Origin: a virus
Lineage: Duplodnaviria > Caudoviricetes
Reading direction: 5' to 3' (one strand)
IMG/VR virus record: IMGVR_UViG_3300046791_000392
Span: 1 to 63,602 of that record
Length of the DNA: 63,602 bases
Every line of letters begins with the position of its first letter. Positions within the stretch are counted from its first letter, which is position 1. Below are positions 17,839 to 27,164 of the stretch, piece by piece. The position numbers and the translations under genes are program-made. The notes under the pieces are model-generated. The model searched no databases. It saw only the letters and a list, made by a program, of their open reading frames with translations, and was not told the DNA's origin.

Positions 17839-18864
17839 ATGACTGGCAATAACGAGATCGCGACCCAGACCGGCAGCACTGCCGTGGGTCACACCGCCCC
17901 CGACGCCCTGTACCGGGCGCACCACGACGAGAGCAAGAACCTCCGCGCCGGACGGATCTTTCTCAAGTACTCCAAGGGGGATTGGATGATCGGCAAGGAT
18001 GCCGAGGGCTTCCACGACAACACCTTCCACTTCGTGCCGGCGATGGACCTGTTCGAGAAGGGCTGGCAGTGCTGGTCCGGCGGACGCCCCATCGATGAGC
18101 GCTTCGTGCCCTACGGCACGCCGCCGATCCTCGAAAGCACCCTTCCCGATCATGGCCCGTACGCCGCCAAGAACGACGGCTGGACCGAGGCCTTGAAGTT
18201 CCCGCTGATGATCGTGCCCGGCGGCAAGAACACCACCGCGTGGCTCAACGTGGAGTTCTCCGCGTCGTCGGCCGGCGGCAAGAACATGATCTATTCGCTG
18301 AGCCGGCAGTTCAGCGAGAAGATCAAGCTGGGCGAGATCACCGCACAGAAATCCTACGTGCTGTGCCGCGCCGGCTCCGATCACTACATGCATCGCGAGT
18401 TCGGCAAGGTGTTCTACCCGACGGTGGAGATCATCCAGGCGCTGTCGATGGACGAGGTCCAGGCGCTGCTGTCCAAGGCGGTGACGACCAACGCACCCAC
18501 GGGTGACACGCCGGCGGTGACCTCGACGCCGGCCACGCCGACGACACCCGATGCGCTGGATCTCGCGAAGGTCACGGTCACGGTGGCCCCGACGGGTATC
18601 GTGAAGCCGGACGGCACGCCGGTTCAGCCGGCGTGGGTCAACGCTCCCGATGCCGCCGACGCCGAGGACGTGTCGGAGGAAGAGGCCGAAGCAGAACTGG
18701 CCTTGGCCGAGGCCAAGGCGAAGCTGGCGCGCGCCAAGGCGGCGAAGGCCAAGGCGGCGATGTCCACGTCGGCGCCTGCAGTCACGGTGCCGCCGCCGGA
18801 ACCTACCGCGCCCGAGCCCACGCCGGCGAAGAAGACCACCAACCGCCGACGCGCCACGGTTTGA
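17839..18864 (+). CDS. Probable single-stranded DNA-binding protein
   Basis: FLKYSKGDW..G, GWQCW, DGW, SSAGG, Y.H..FGKVFYP pattern; located between exonuclease and polymerase; disordered tail. Confidence 0.6.
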   Translation: MTGNNEIATQTGSTAVGHTAPDALYRAHHDESKNLRAGRIFLKYSKGDWMIGKDAEGFHDNTFHFVPAMDLFEKGWQCWSGGRPIDERFVPYGTPPILESTLPDHGPYAAKNDGWTEALKFPLMIVPGGKNTTAWLNVEFSASSAGGKNMIYSLSRQFSEKIKLGEITAQKSYVLCRAGSDHYMHREFGKVFYPTVEIIQALSMDEVQALLSKAVTTNAPTGDTPAVTSTPATPTTPDALDLAKVTVTVAPTGIVKPDGTPVQPAWVNAPDAADAEDVSEEEAEAELALAEAKAKLARAKAAKAKAAMSTSAPAVTVPPPEPTAPEPTPAKKTTNRRRATV

Positions 18865-19006
18865 GCCGCGCTGCCTGACCAGCAGCTAGTGGGGGTGGCT
18901 CCCCTACGATGAAGCCGGGTGGTTCCGGCAACAATCAGCCCTCTGGTCGAAGCTCGACCCGCGATGGTGGTAGCGCCAGCGAGGCAACGTGGAGGGGACA
19001 GCCCCG

Positions 19007-21280
19007 ATGATAACGACCTCGCCCACCGACCTTTTGCCAGATCCTTTCGCCGCCATGCGCAAGCCGGCCCTGCCGGCTTACGACTGGACGGCGGGCAAGA
19101 ATCTCAACCTTGTCACCACTCTGGACGACGTGCGCGATGTTCGCGATTGGATGGATCTTGTCATCGACAAGTCCAAGCGCAAGCCGGCGCTGATCTCGCT
19201 CGACATCGAAACCTACGGCCCGCCGGAACTATGGGCCGAAGCCGTCCGGCTGGGCGCCCAGGTCAGGGCGATCAAGGCCAGGCGCGACGCGCTCCCGCAC
19301 AAGAAGCGCCGCAGCCCTATCGAACAAGCCACCTGGGACACGCTGAACGCCGAGCAGCTTGCCATCGAAGCCTTGGCCGATGAGATGAGCGCACGCTCGC
19401 GAAGATCCGGATTGATCGCTGGCCTGAACAAGGTGCGGCTTGTCCAGCTGTACGCCGGTGGACAGAACGTCTGGACACTGGACATCCTGAAGCTTGGCGC
19501 CGTCACCGACGTCCGCGCCCTGCTCAAGGACCTGATCTACAGGTCTAACATCCAGTGGGTCGGGCACAACATCCAGTTCGACGTCGCGATGCTCTACGCC
19601 ATGACCTGCGGGGCGAACGCGCCGGCCGATGGCTACCTGCCGGCGCATGTGCCCCACTGCTCGATGCTGCAGGCGCAGGCGCTCCTGTCGTTGTCCTACA
19701 TCCGCAAGAACCTGGAGACGCGCGTCGGCATTGTGCTCAATCGGCCGCTCGATAAATCGCAGCAGGTATCCGACTGGGGCCGGCCCGATCTCAGCGAGGC
19801 TCAGCTGGTCTACGCCAGCATCGACGTGATCGCATCCTGGGACCTGTGGCACGCCCAGCACACGATGGTCATGGAGCGCACCAGCGCCGTCGAGGGCCTG
19901 GAGAACTGCGGCGGCGTCTACGAGATCATGCGTAACGCGATCAGGGGCACCGCCCAGATCGTCGCCGCCGGCGTGGAGTTCGATCTTGTCGAGCACACCA
20001 AGGTCGCCGGCACGGTCCAACATGAATATGACCGGCTGCGCCTGGAGATCGAGCACGAGCTTCAGCGGCTATACGCGGACACGGCCAGCCCGCAGATCGA
20101 TAACGTTAACTCCACGGTGCAGTGGAACAAGCTGATCCTGGCGTGGCTCACCGAGATCCAGAAGAAGGAATGGCCGAAGACGGAGAAGGGCGCGCTCGCC
20201 GTCGGCGGCGGCGATATCAAGATCGCACTCGGCCGGGACATCGTACCATTGGCGCTCACGGCGCTGCTCACGACGTTCCAGAAATACCTAGATGTCAAAA
20301 CCCAGCATGACCGGCTGGGCTTGAAGTACCAGCGCTGGGCCGTGGAGATCCGGCCTGGCCGCTATCGCCTCTTTCCGGGATACATGATCGGCGGCGCCGA
20401 AACCGGACGCTATTCCGCGAGCGACCCGCCTCTCCAGCAGATCCCGCGCGAGGACGAGTACCGAAAACTTTTCGTGGCACGGCCCGGTTACAAATTGGTC
20501 GTGTGCGATTACGGCCAGATCGAGGTGCGCGTGGCGGCGGTGCTCTCGGGCGATGGGGTGTTGCTCGCGGCCATCGAAGCCGGTCTGGATATCCACGCGA
20601 TCACGGCCCTCGCATGCTTTCACGATCACCCGGCTGTCCAGACCCTGCTGTCCACGGTGGGCTACACCGGCACCAACTGGTTCGAGATCGTGCACCTGGA
20701 CGAAGTGCGCGCATTTTTCAAAGGCCGTGGCAAGAACCTGCGGCAGATGGCGAAGAACTCGATCTTTGGCCTGATCTATGGCCAGGGACCGACCAACCTG
20801 ATGCTGAAGATCTTCTTGGATGTCGGCATCTGGGTGACGGTGCAGGAAGCGGGACGTATCCAGGAGATGCTCCTGGGGGCGTACCCCGGCCTGCGCAAGT
20901 GGATCAACCGCACGCGGTCCATCGCGGAGGACACGCATCTGGCGTGGACACCGCAAGGCCGCTGCTACGACGTGGACACCAACTGGTACACCAAGAGCAT
21001 CAACACGCCATGCCAAGGGGGTGCGGCCGAGATCATGCTGGAAGCGATGAGTGCGTTCCCCGACGCGTTCGGCGATCACGCCATCGACGGCTATCTCGTG
21101 ATGACCGTGCACGACGAACTGATCGCCGAAGTCAAAGCGGCTCATGCGCAGCGCGCGCTGGATCTCATGCAAGAGACGATGGTGATCGCGGCGATCAACC
21201 TGTTCCCCAGCATGCCCGTGCACAAGCTGGTCGAGGGTGGGATCGGCGACAACTGGAAGACTGCCAAGGAGGGCAAATGA
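19007..21280 (+). CDS. polA: Family A DNA polymerase with 3'-5' exonuclease
   Basis: ExoI LDIET, GHNIQFD, YASID; TGRYSASDPPLQQIPR, motif A DYGQIEVR, motif B RQMAKNSIFGLIYG, motif C VHDE. Confidence 0.95.
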   Translation: MITTSPTDLLPDPFAAMRKPALPAYDWTAGKNLNLVTTLDDVRDVRDWMDLVIDKSKRKPALISLDIETYGPPELWAEAVRLGAQVRAIKARRDALPHKKRRSPIEQATWDTLNAEQLAIEALADEMSARSRRSGLIAGLNKVRLVQLYAGGQNVWTLDILKLGAVTDVRALLKDLIYRSNIQWVGHNIQFDVAMLYAMTCGANAPADGYLPAHVPHCSMLQAQALLSLSYIRKNLETRVGIVLNRPLDKSQQVSDWGRPDLSEAQLVYASIDVIASWDLWHAQHTMVMERTSAVEGLENCGGVYEIMRNAIRGTAQIVAAGVEFDLVEHTKVAGTVQHEYDRLRLEIEHELQRLYADTASPQIDNVNSTVQWNKLILAWLTEIQKKEWPKTEKGALAVGGGDIKIALGRDIVPLALTALLTTFQKYLDVKTQHDRLGLKYQRWAVEIRPGRYRLFPGYMIGGAETGRYSASDPPLQQIPREDEYRKLFVARPGYKLVVCDYGQIEVRVAAVLSGDGVLLAAIEAGLDIHAITALACFHDHPAVQTLLSTVGYTGTNWFEIVHLDEVRAFFKGRGKNLRQMAKNSIFGLIYGQGPTNLMLKIFLDVGIWVTVQEAGRIQEMLLGAYPGLRKWINRTRSIAEDTHLAWTPQGRCYDVDTNWYTKSINTPCQGGAAEIMLEAMSAFPDAFGDHAIDGYLVMTVHDELIAEVKAAHAQRALDLMQETMVIAAINLFPSMPVHKLVEGGIGDNWKTAKEGK

Positions 21281-21549
21281 CCACGGTGCACGAGATCACG
21301 TCCGGCGTTTGCCCACACTGCAAGCTGGTGCTGGATCGGCATCTGAACGCGCTGGACGACAGCTATGTACCATGTCCCGGCACGGTGACGCTGTGCGCCG
21401 GCTGCTCGTCGGTGCTGGTGTTCGATGAGCACATGCAGTTGCGCGAGATTACGGCGGAAGAACTGGCTACGGCGCCGGGCCACATGCTGCAGCTGATGCG
21501 CGAGATGTTCGACTACCTCAAGCGCATTCGCGACGAGGAAGGCAAATGA
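21277..21549 (+). CDS. Small Zn-finger protein
   Basis: CPHC...CAGC; ATGA coupling. Confidence 0.7.
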   Translation: MTTVHEITSGVCPHCKLVLDRHLNALDDSYVPCPGTVTLCAGCSSVLVFDEHMQLREITAEELATAPGHMLQLMREMFDYLKRIRDEEGK

Positions 21550-22445
21550 CTGTCTCACCTCGTGTCGCCGAAGAGATCGACACGCTCGTCGCGGCGCACC
21601 CGGAGCGCGCCTGGCTCGTGCCGCGCACGATAGGGATCGGCGGCAAGATCGGCCATGGCAAGAGCACGCTGGCGCGGATGATCCAAGCCAAGTTCGAGCA
21701 CCTCGAACTGGCGTTCGCCGATCATCTGCGCAATGTGTGCGAGATCCTGCTGGGCCTGCCCCCGGAGTGCATGTCCGATCCGGCGCTCAAGGCGGCGCCG
21801 CTGGTCGGGTTCGACAACGGGCATGTGTTCCCGTTCGACGCGCGCAACCCGGTCGCCCTGAACCTGCAGATCGACAAGGCGCTGGGCGTCGCCTACTGCG
21901 TCGGGGCGGACGTCTTCACCGACGCCGGGGTTGTCCAGCCGATCAAGTATCGCGCCGTGCGGCAGACCTTCGTGGTCGGTCCGCGCGACATGGCGCCGCA
22001 CGGCGTGCGACGCGCCATACAGATGCGCTTCCTGCAGCACATCTGGATGCCGCTGCGCAACGGCAAGGTGTTCAGCCCGCGCGAGATCCTGCAGCTGGTC
22101 GGCACCGAGATCTTCCGCGCCGTTGATCCGACGATCTGGGCCTGGGCCTGGACCCAGCAGGCCGAAGGCCACGACGTGGTGGCGCCGGACGTGAGATTCT
22201 CGAACGAGGTGAACGCGATCCGCGAGCGCCAGGGGGTTTGCATCCACGTGTCCAGGCCTGGACACAGCGCGCTGTCCAACCACGTGTCGGAACTGTCCCT
22301 GGACACCGCCAACTTCGATTTCATCCTGATCAACGACGGCGACCTCGAAGACCTTTGGCTCGCCCTGGTCGGCATCCTGGATAAATACTCCCGGACGCGC
22401 ACCGCGCAGGGCACCGAAAACTATCTCAAGGCGATGACGGCGTGA
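21546..22445 (+). CDS. Deoxynucleoside monophosphate kinase
   Basis: IGIGGKIGHGKST, AFADHLR, PREILQLVGTE, DVRFSNE, H.SE, INDG. Confidence 0.9.
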   Translation: MTVSPRVAEEIDTLVAAHPERAWLVPRTIGIGGKIGHGKSTLARMIQAKFEHLELAFADHLRNVCEILLGLPPECMSDPALKAAPLVGFDNGHVFPFDARNPVALNLQIDKALGVAYCVGADVFTDAGVVQPIKYRAVRQTFVVGPRDMAPHGVRRAIQMRFLQHIWMPLRNGKVFSPREILQLVGTEIFRAVDPTIWAWAWTQQAEGHDVVAPDVRFSNEVNAIRERQGVCIHVSRPGHSALSNHVSELSLDTANFDFILINDGDLEDLWLALVGILDKYSRTRTAQGTENYLKAMTA

Positions 22446-22448
22446 GCC

Positions 22449-22901
22449 ATGCCCCGGCCTTACATCAAGCACGGGAAAACAGTTGGCAGATCCGCCGGCA
22501 AATCCGTGTACGTGCCTCACAAGACGGCGTTGCACCGCGTCGGCGCCGTGTGGCTGGCGGCGCACGAAACCGTGTGGCCGTCGGCCATGTACCATCGCCG
22601 GCGGGCCTGTCTCGATGTGCTGTGCGCAGTGATGGGATTGATCGAGGTCGAGCGCATCACCTGGGAAGACGTCGTGAAATTCGTCAGGCATCGCCGCCGG
22701 CAGGAGATCTCTCCGATCATCATCGGCGTCGAACTCAAGACCCTCACCCTGCTGCTCGAATGGTGCCAGCGTTACGGCATCGTCGGCGATGTCGCCACGC
22801 ACGGGCTGCGCGTGCGCGATATCGATCCGCAGTGGCAATCGTCGCCGCTGCACAAGCTGGCCCGCATTCACCTGGAGGTGATCAATGCCAACCGAAGATG
22901 A
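22449..22901 (+). CDS. Tyrosine-recombinase core-binding (SAM-like) domain only, no catalytic domain
   Basis: VERITWEDVVKFVRHRRRQEISPIIIGVELKTLTLLLEWCQRYG. Confidence 0.55.
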   Translation: MPRPYIKHGKTVGRSAGKSVYVPHKTALHRVGAVWLAAHETVWPSAMYHRRRACLDVLCAVMGLIEVERITWEDVVKFVRHRRRQEISPIIIGVELKTLTLLLEWCQRYGIVGDVATHGLRVRDIDPQWQSSPLHKLARIHLEVINANRR

Positions 22902-23235
22902 TTTGCGTGAAGCGTTGGAGGGCATGGTCGATCAGTTCGCCTATCGCATCCGCACCAAGGAGGGAGGCCGCGCATTCTGGACCGGCGGCTTGTCGGCGCT
23001 CGAACAAGCGTTTCATGTCCTGGGCTGGGCTGATCCACACGAAGTGAGCGATGGCGCCTGCGAGATCGCTGGCTGTCACGATTGGGCGACCTGCGTCGGG
23101 CCCTATCCCCGGTCGCGCGCCAAGGCGAACACCGATCCGAACATGATCGGGTTCGGCTTCCTGTGCACCAACCACTACTTCGCCTGGAGCGGTCGGGAAG
23201 CCGTCGCCGCCGAAGATCTCGGGAGAGCGAAATGA
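22885..23235 (+). CDS. Hypothetical Cys/His-containing protein
   Basis: GGAGGTG RBS; CEIAGC...LCTNH. Confidence 0.65.
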   Translation: MPTEDDLREALEGMVDQFAYRIRTKEGGRAFWTGGLSALEQAFHVLGWADPHEVSDGACEIAGCHDWATCVGPYPRSRAKANTDPNMIGFGFLCTNHYFAWSGREAVAAEDLGRAK

Positions 23236-23606
23236 CCCAGCGATTGTTCCACGTCGAGATGCTCGTCAAGGAAACCAAGCTGTGGGATCTGCTCGATGTC
23301 ATCGAGAAGACCGCCGGCGTCGGCGATCTCAAGGTGCGTCACGTGACCGAAGCACCGAAGCTGTCGGACAACGTGGACGTGTCCACGACGCAGCTGGCGC
23401 TGCCCGATGTCCAGCCGGCGCCGATGTACGGAGAGAACCTGATCAAGGTCCTGCATGCGATGTCTGACGAACCTGTCAGTCCGCGTAGCCTCGCTGGTCC
23501 GACCGGGCTGCGGCCGAAGCAGGTCGCGATGGCGCTGTACATCCTGCTGCAGAAGAAGCGCGTGCGCCGGATCGCCGTTGGCACCTATGTGCGGGTGACG
23601 CCATGA
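23232..23606 (+). CDS. Protein with C-terminal winged-helix-like domain
   Basis: SPRSLAGPTGLRPKQVAMALYILLQKKRVRRIAVGTY. Confidence 0.65.
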   Translation: MTQRLFHVEMLVKETKLWDLLDVIEKTAGVGDLKVRHVTEAPKLSDNVDVSTTQLALPDVQPAPMYGENLIKVLHAMSDEPVSPRSLAGPTGLRPKQVAMALYILLQKKRVRRIAVGTYVRVTP

Positions 23607-23896
23607 AGGGCGCGCTCAAGCTCTACAAGAGCTACATGTTCACGGATCGGAAAGATCCCGTGATCGACAAGGTGCGCACGGCCATGCAAACGCGTGGCGC
23701 CGACTACGTCGAGATCTCGGCCGCGTCCGGCGTATCGGCGACCACCGTGCGCAACTGGTTCGAGGGCGATACCTGCCGACCCCAGTATGCGACGGTCGCG
23801 GCGGTGCTTGGCGGGCTGGGCTACGAACTCGTGATCCAGGAGCGTGGCACGGCCAAGGTCGTGCCGATCCATGCCAAGCGCAAGGCGTCACGGTGA
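23603..23896 (+). CDS. XRE-family HTH regulator
   Basis: EISAASGVSATTVRNWFEGDTCRPQYATVAAV. Confidence 0.8.
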   Translation: MKGALKLYKSYMFTDRKDPVIDKVRTAMQTRGADYVEISAASGVSATTVRNWFEGDTCRPQYATVAAVLGGLGYELVIQERGTAKVVPIHAKRKASR

Positions 23897-23941
23897 CGTG
23901 CTAGGTTCTCGCCAGGTCGTTCATCCTAGAGGAGTTTTCGC

Positions 23942-24454
23942 ATGCCTCCAGTCTTCGCCATGATCATCCCGCTCAACGAGATCGCCGGCATGCCCGGCGT
24001 GCCGACGCATCCGATTGCGCCCGGTGGACAGCCCGGACGCCCCGACCAGGGACTTCCTCCTCCGGGTTGGCCTGGCGGGCCGCATGTTCCTTCGCAGGGA
24101 CCGGGCTTCCCGACCAACCCGATTGCACCGGGCGGCCAGCAGCCGGGCATCGACAATTCCCTGCCGCCGCTGCCGCCGGGCACCTCGCCGCCGAATGTCC
24201 CCAGCACGGGACCGGGGTTCCCGACCCACCCGATCAACCTGCCCGGCACGCCGAACGCGCCGCCGGGTCAGATCTGGCCGCCGGTGGCGGATGTCCACAC
24301 CAAGACGTGGACACTAGCATGGTTGCCGGGACACGGCTTGCGCTGGATCACCGTCGAGCCGCCGCGTCCGGACCAGGGCCTGCCGCCGGGCATGCCGGGT
24401 CAGCCGGCGCGGCCGGGCCAGCCCCTCCCACCGACCGCGCAGCCCAAGGCCTGA
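23942..24454 (+). CDS. Pro/Gly-rich repeat protein (PTHPI and PDQGLP units)
   Basis: GAGGAG RBS; internal repeats visible in the translation. Confidence 0.75.
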   Translation: MPPVFAMIIPLNEIAGMPGVPTHPIAPGGQPGRPDQGLPPPGWPGGPHVPSQGPGFPTNPIAPGGQQPGIDNSLPPLPPGTSPPNVPSTGPGFPTHPINLPGTPNAPPGQIWPPVADVHTKTWTLAWLPGHGLRWITVEPPRPDQGLPPGMPGQPARPGQPLPPTAQPKA

Positions 24455-24564
24455 TCCGGATTCGCACGCAGCACGCGGCGCCCCGTTTGGTGCGTGCGAG
24501 TACGGCCCCCGCCGCCGGCGGTCCAACACGCCGGCGGTGGGGTGCCTGTCCAAGGACCCCCCAC

Positions 24565-24762
24565 ATGATCACCGGCCTGTACACACGCGGCGGCGTGGAC
24601 ATCGACGGCGAGATCCGCCCGCTGTCCAACCACGAGAAGATCGAGCGCGACATCCAATTGATCCGCGCCGCGCTGATCAAGAGCCGGCGGGTCCTGCGCG
24701 CCGGGCCGCGCGTGTCGGAGCGGCTTACAGTCGTAGATCCAGGGTCCGGTAAGGTCTTGTAA
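24565..24762 (+). CDS. Hypothetical protein
   Basis: AAGGA RBS before ATG 24565. Confidence 0.55.
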   Translation: MITGLYTRGGVDIDGEIRPLSNHEKIERDIQLIRAALIKSRRVLRAGPRVSERLTVVDPGSGKVL

Positions 24763-24839
24763 TCGTTCGCTGGCACGGCGCGTGCTTGCTGCCCATGGTC
24801 CGGCCGGACGCGGTCGGGTTTCACTCCTGGGAGAACTTC

Positions 24840-25517
24840 ATGAACCTGCGTAAATCTCTGCTCGGCGTGGGTATTGCCGGGTTCCTCGCCCTCGCCGGAC
24901 CGGCATACGCCGATATCATCCTCACCTACGGCCAAAGCGGCGGCGGTCCCACCATCACCGGCACCGCGTCCGCCAGCGGCACCACCTGGGGCGGCACCGA
25001 CATCCCGGTCACCGTGACCCAGATCGCCCCGAATGGACCTGCTACCCCGTTCGCGGCGTTCCTCGACGTCACTGCCGTCAGCATCGGCGGGGCCAACACG
25101 GTCGGGCCGTTCATCACTCAGGAGTTCAGCGGCAGCTTCTCGATCTGCTCGACCGCCGCCGGCTGCACGGTCAACTATCTGTCCGGGACGTTCTCGGACG
25201 GCGCGCTGACGGCCAACGGCGCGATCCAGATCGTGGTTGCGGCGCCCGACGTGACGTTCACGTCGAGCGTGATCCTGGCGCTGGGCGAGCCCAATGCGCT
25301 GGGCTTCACCCTGACCGACGTCGCCCCGCCGGTAAGCCTCGTTGCATGCACCACCTGCGACGGCGGCGGGCCGGGACAGACGATCAACTCGTTTGTCGCT
25401 GGCGTCGCCGGTAACGCCGCCGCCAACGTCGTCCCGGAGCCGGCGACCATCGCACTTTTCGGTGCGAGCCTGCTCGGGTTTGGCATCATGCGCCGTCGCC
25501 GCACGCGCGCGGCGTAA
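24840..25517 (+). CDS. PEP-CTERM sorting-domain secreted protein
   Basis: Signal peptide ending AYA-D; C-terminal VPEPATIALFGASLLGFGIMRRRR. Confidence 0.9.
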   Translation: MNLRKSLLGVGIAGFLALAGPAYADIILTYGQSGGGPTITGTASASGTTWGGTDIPVTVTQIAPNGPATPFAAFLDVTAVSIGGANTVGPFITQEFSGSFSICSTAAGCTVNYLSGTFSDGALTANGAIQIVVAAPDVTFTSSVILALGEPNALGFTLTDVAPPVSLVACTTCDGGGPGQTINSFVAGVAGNAAANVVPEPATIALFGASLLGFGIMRRRRTRAA

Positions 25518-25528
25518 GTCCGTCTTCC

Positions 25529-25561
25529 GGAGGGGGCGTTCGCCCCCTTCGTCTCTCTTTC
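25529..25561 (+). terminator. Probable terminator hairpin
   Basis: agggggcg-tt-cgccccct followed by a pyrimidine run. Confidence 0.55.
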
Positions 25562-25592
25562 GCGCCAGGTTGAACAGGGAAAGGCAAGACCA

Positions 25593-26069
25593 ATGCGCAA
25601 GAAAACTCTGTCCGATGCCGACATCGTGTCGCGTCGCACCGTGCTCGGCGCCGCCGCCGGCGCGGTCGCCGCCGCCGTCGTGACGCCGACCACGGCCGAA
25701 GCGCAACGGCTGCAGAGCGACACTGACCAGGGACCGAACAGCGACCCACCGGGCCGGCCTCGCCCGCGTGGACAGAGCGATACCGACAGAGGGCCGAACT
25801 CCGATGCGCCGGGCCGGCCGGGATCGCGCCAACCAACGAGTGACAACGACACCGGGCGCAACGCCGACCCGGCGGGGCGCCCGCGCCGGCAGTTCACCGA
25901 CAACGACCGTGGTCCCAACTCCGACGCCGCCGGGCACGGGGGTCCGCGTGGAACCGACAACGACACCGGGCGCTACGCCGACCAAGCCGGGCGCGGCCGG
26001 ATCACCGACAACGACAGCGGTCGCAACGCCGACCCGGCGGGCGAGGGTCGCGGCCCCGGCCGGCGCTAA
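25593..26069 (+). CDS. Tat-signal protein with six (S/T)DxDxGxxxDxxG repeats
   Basis: SRRTVLG twin-arginine motif, hydrophobic core, AEA cleavage site; repeats read directly. Confidence 0.8.
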   Translation: MRKKTLSDADIVSRRTVLGAAAGAVAAAVVTPTTAEAQRLQSDTDQGPNSDPPGRPRPRGQSDTDRGPNSDAPGRPGSRQPTSDNDTGRNADPAGRPRRQFTDNDRGPNSDAAGHGGPRGTDNDTGRYADQAGRGRITDNDSGRNADPAGEGRGPGRR

Positions 26070-26113
26070 GGTATGATCCGGGCGGGGCATTCGCCCCGCC
26101 CGGAGAACCCCAT

Positions 26114-26371
26114 ATGCCCGCCATCGTCTACGGCAGAGCCTTCGTCCTGGCGCAGGACAAGCGCTTGATCGACCTGGTCGCGACCATCGAGACGAATGTC
26201 GGGCCGCTGGTGGACACCTATGTGACGAGTGTCCATGACGTGTACCTGTGGGTGCTTCGTCATACGAGCGGCGCTGGACAGGCCACCGCGCTGGGCCTGA
26301 TCAACGCCGCGTACGGCGCCACGTACGACGCAACCAAGCCCTGGCTCGGGCCGATCCCGGCCGTGCCGTGA
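26114..26371 (+). CDS. Hypothetical protein
   Basis: GGAG RBS; TATGAT at 26072-26077 upstream. Confidence 0.7.
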   Translation: MPAIVYGRAFVLAQDKRLIDLVATIETNVGPLVDTYVTSVHDVYLWVLRHTSGAGQATALGLINAAYGATYDATKPWLGPIPAVP

Positions 26372-26760
26372 GCGACACGCTCACGCTCGATCCGGTGCCG
26401 CAGGCGGCGCGCGCCACCGGCAACGGCTTCAAGTGCCTCGCGTGCGGCTTTGCCGACACCGCCGTCAAGGACACGCGGCCGACGAATTTTGGACCGCATC
26501 GGGTGATCCGCCGCCGGCGGCATTGCGCGCGCTGCAAGGGGCGCTGCACTACGGTCGAAATCGAACTCGGTGCGCTGGAAGGCATCGCCGGTGCCAACCC
26601 GGGCATGGCGGCGACGGCGCTGCAGGCCGCGATGCTGGCGGTGCGGCGCGCCGCCGACCTGCTGAACGTCACGCTACCGGTGCGGGACAAACAGCGGGAC
26701 GTGCGGCTCGCCGAAGACGCCGAACCACACGGCCACGCCGTACGCGACAATCATCAATAA
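26368..26760 (+). CDS. NrdR-like zinc-ribbon protein lacking ATP cone
   Basis: CLACG...VKDTR...IRRRRHCARC..RCTTVE. Confidence 0.75.
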   Translation: MSDTLTLDPVPQAARATGNGFKCLACGFADTAVKDTRPTNFGPHRVIRRRRHCARCKGRCTTVEIELGALEGIAGANPGMAATALQAAMLAVRRAADLLNVTLPVRDKQRDVRLAEDAEPHGHAVRDNHQ

Positions 26761-26780
26761 GACGAGCAATCCGTCGCGGA

Positions 26781-26987
26781 CTATCGCGACTTTGGCGCTG
26801 CTTGACCCGGCTTGCTGTCCTTGTCCTGCTCGATCATGACGATCTGGTCGTCATCGATGTGCAGGGTTTTGCCGGTTTCGCCGGGCGCCACCTTGAATGT
26901 GTCGGTCGTCTTGCCCGCTGTCTGCACTTGGACAACCACGCCACGCGTGGCGTTGTAGGGACTGGCGATCACGACTGAAGTCGTCAT
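26781..26987 (-). CDS. Hypothetical protein
   Basis: GAGG RBS; last gene of the minus-strand block. Confidence 0.65.
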   Translation of the reverse strand: MTTSVVIASPYNATRGVVVQVQTAGKTTDTFKVAPGETGKTLHIDDDQIVMIEQDKDSKPGQAAPKSR

Positions 26988-26996
26988 AGGATTTCC

Positions 26997-27164
26997 TCAC
27001 CTGATGGGGGCACCGAATACTTGGTAGCCCAGAATGAACAACAAGATCCACAGCATCAGGTTGCCACCCCATACCACGGGCTGGCCGAACGCGTTGCGGT
27101 GGACGTAGACACCGAACAGCAAGCTCAACAAGAATATTAGCCAGAAAATAAACCCTAGTGCCAT
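26997..27164 (-). CDS. Small two-TM membrane protein
   Basis: MALGFIFWLIFLLSLLFGV...LMLWILLFILG; GGGAGG RBS. Confidence 0.75.
   Translation of the reverse strand: MALGFIFWLIFLLSLLFGVYVHRNAFGQPVVWGGNLMLWILLFILGYQVFGAPIR

Noticed and set aside
18865-19000. tRNA or riboswitch upstream of the polymerase
   Set aside because: Only short hairpins seen; no cloverleaf or recognisable aptamer
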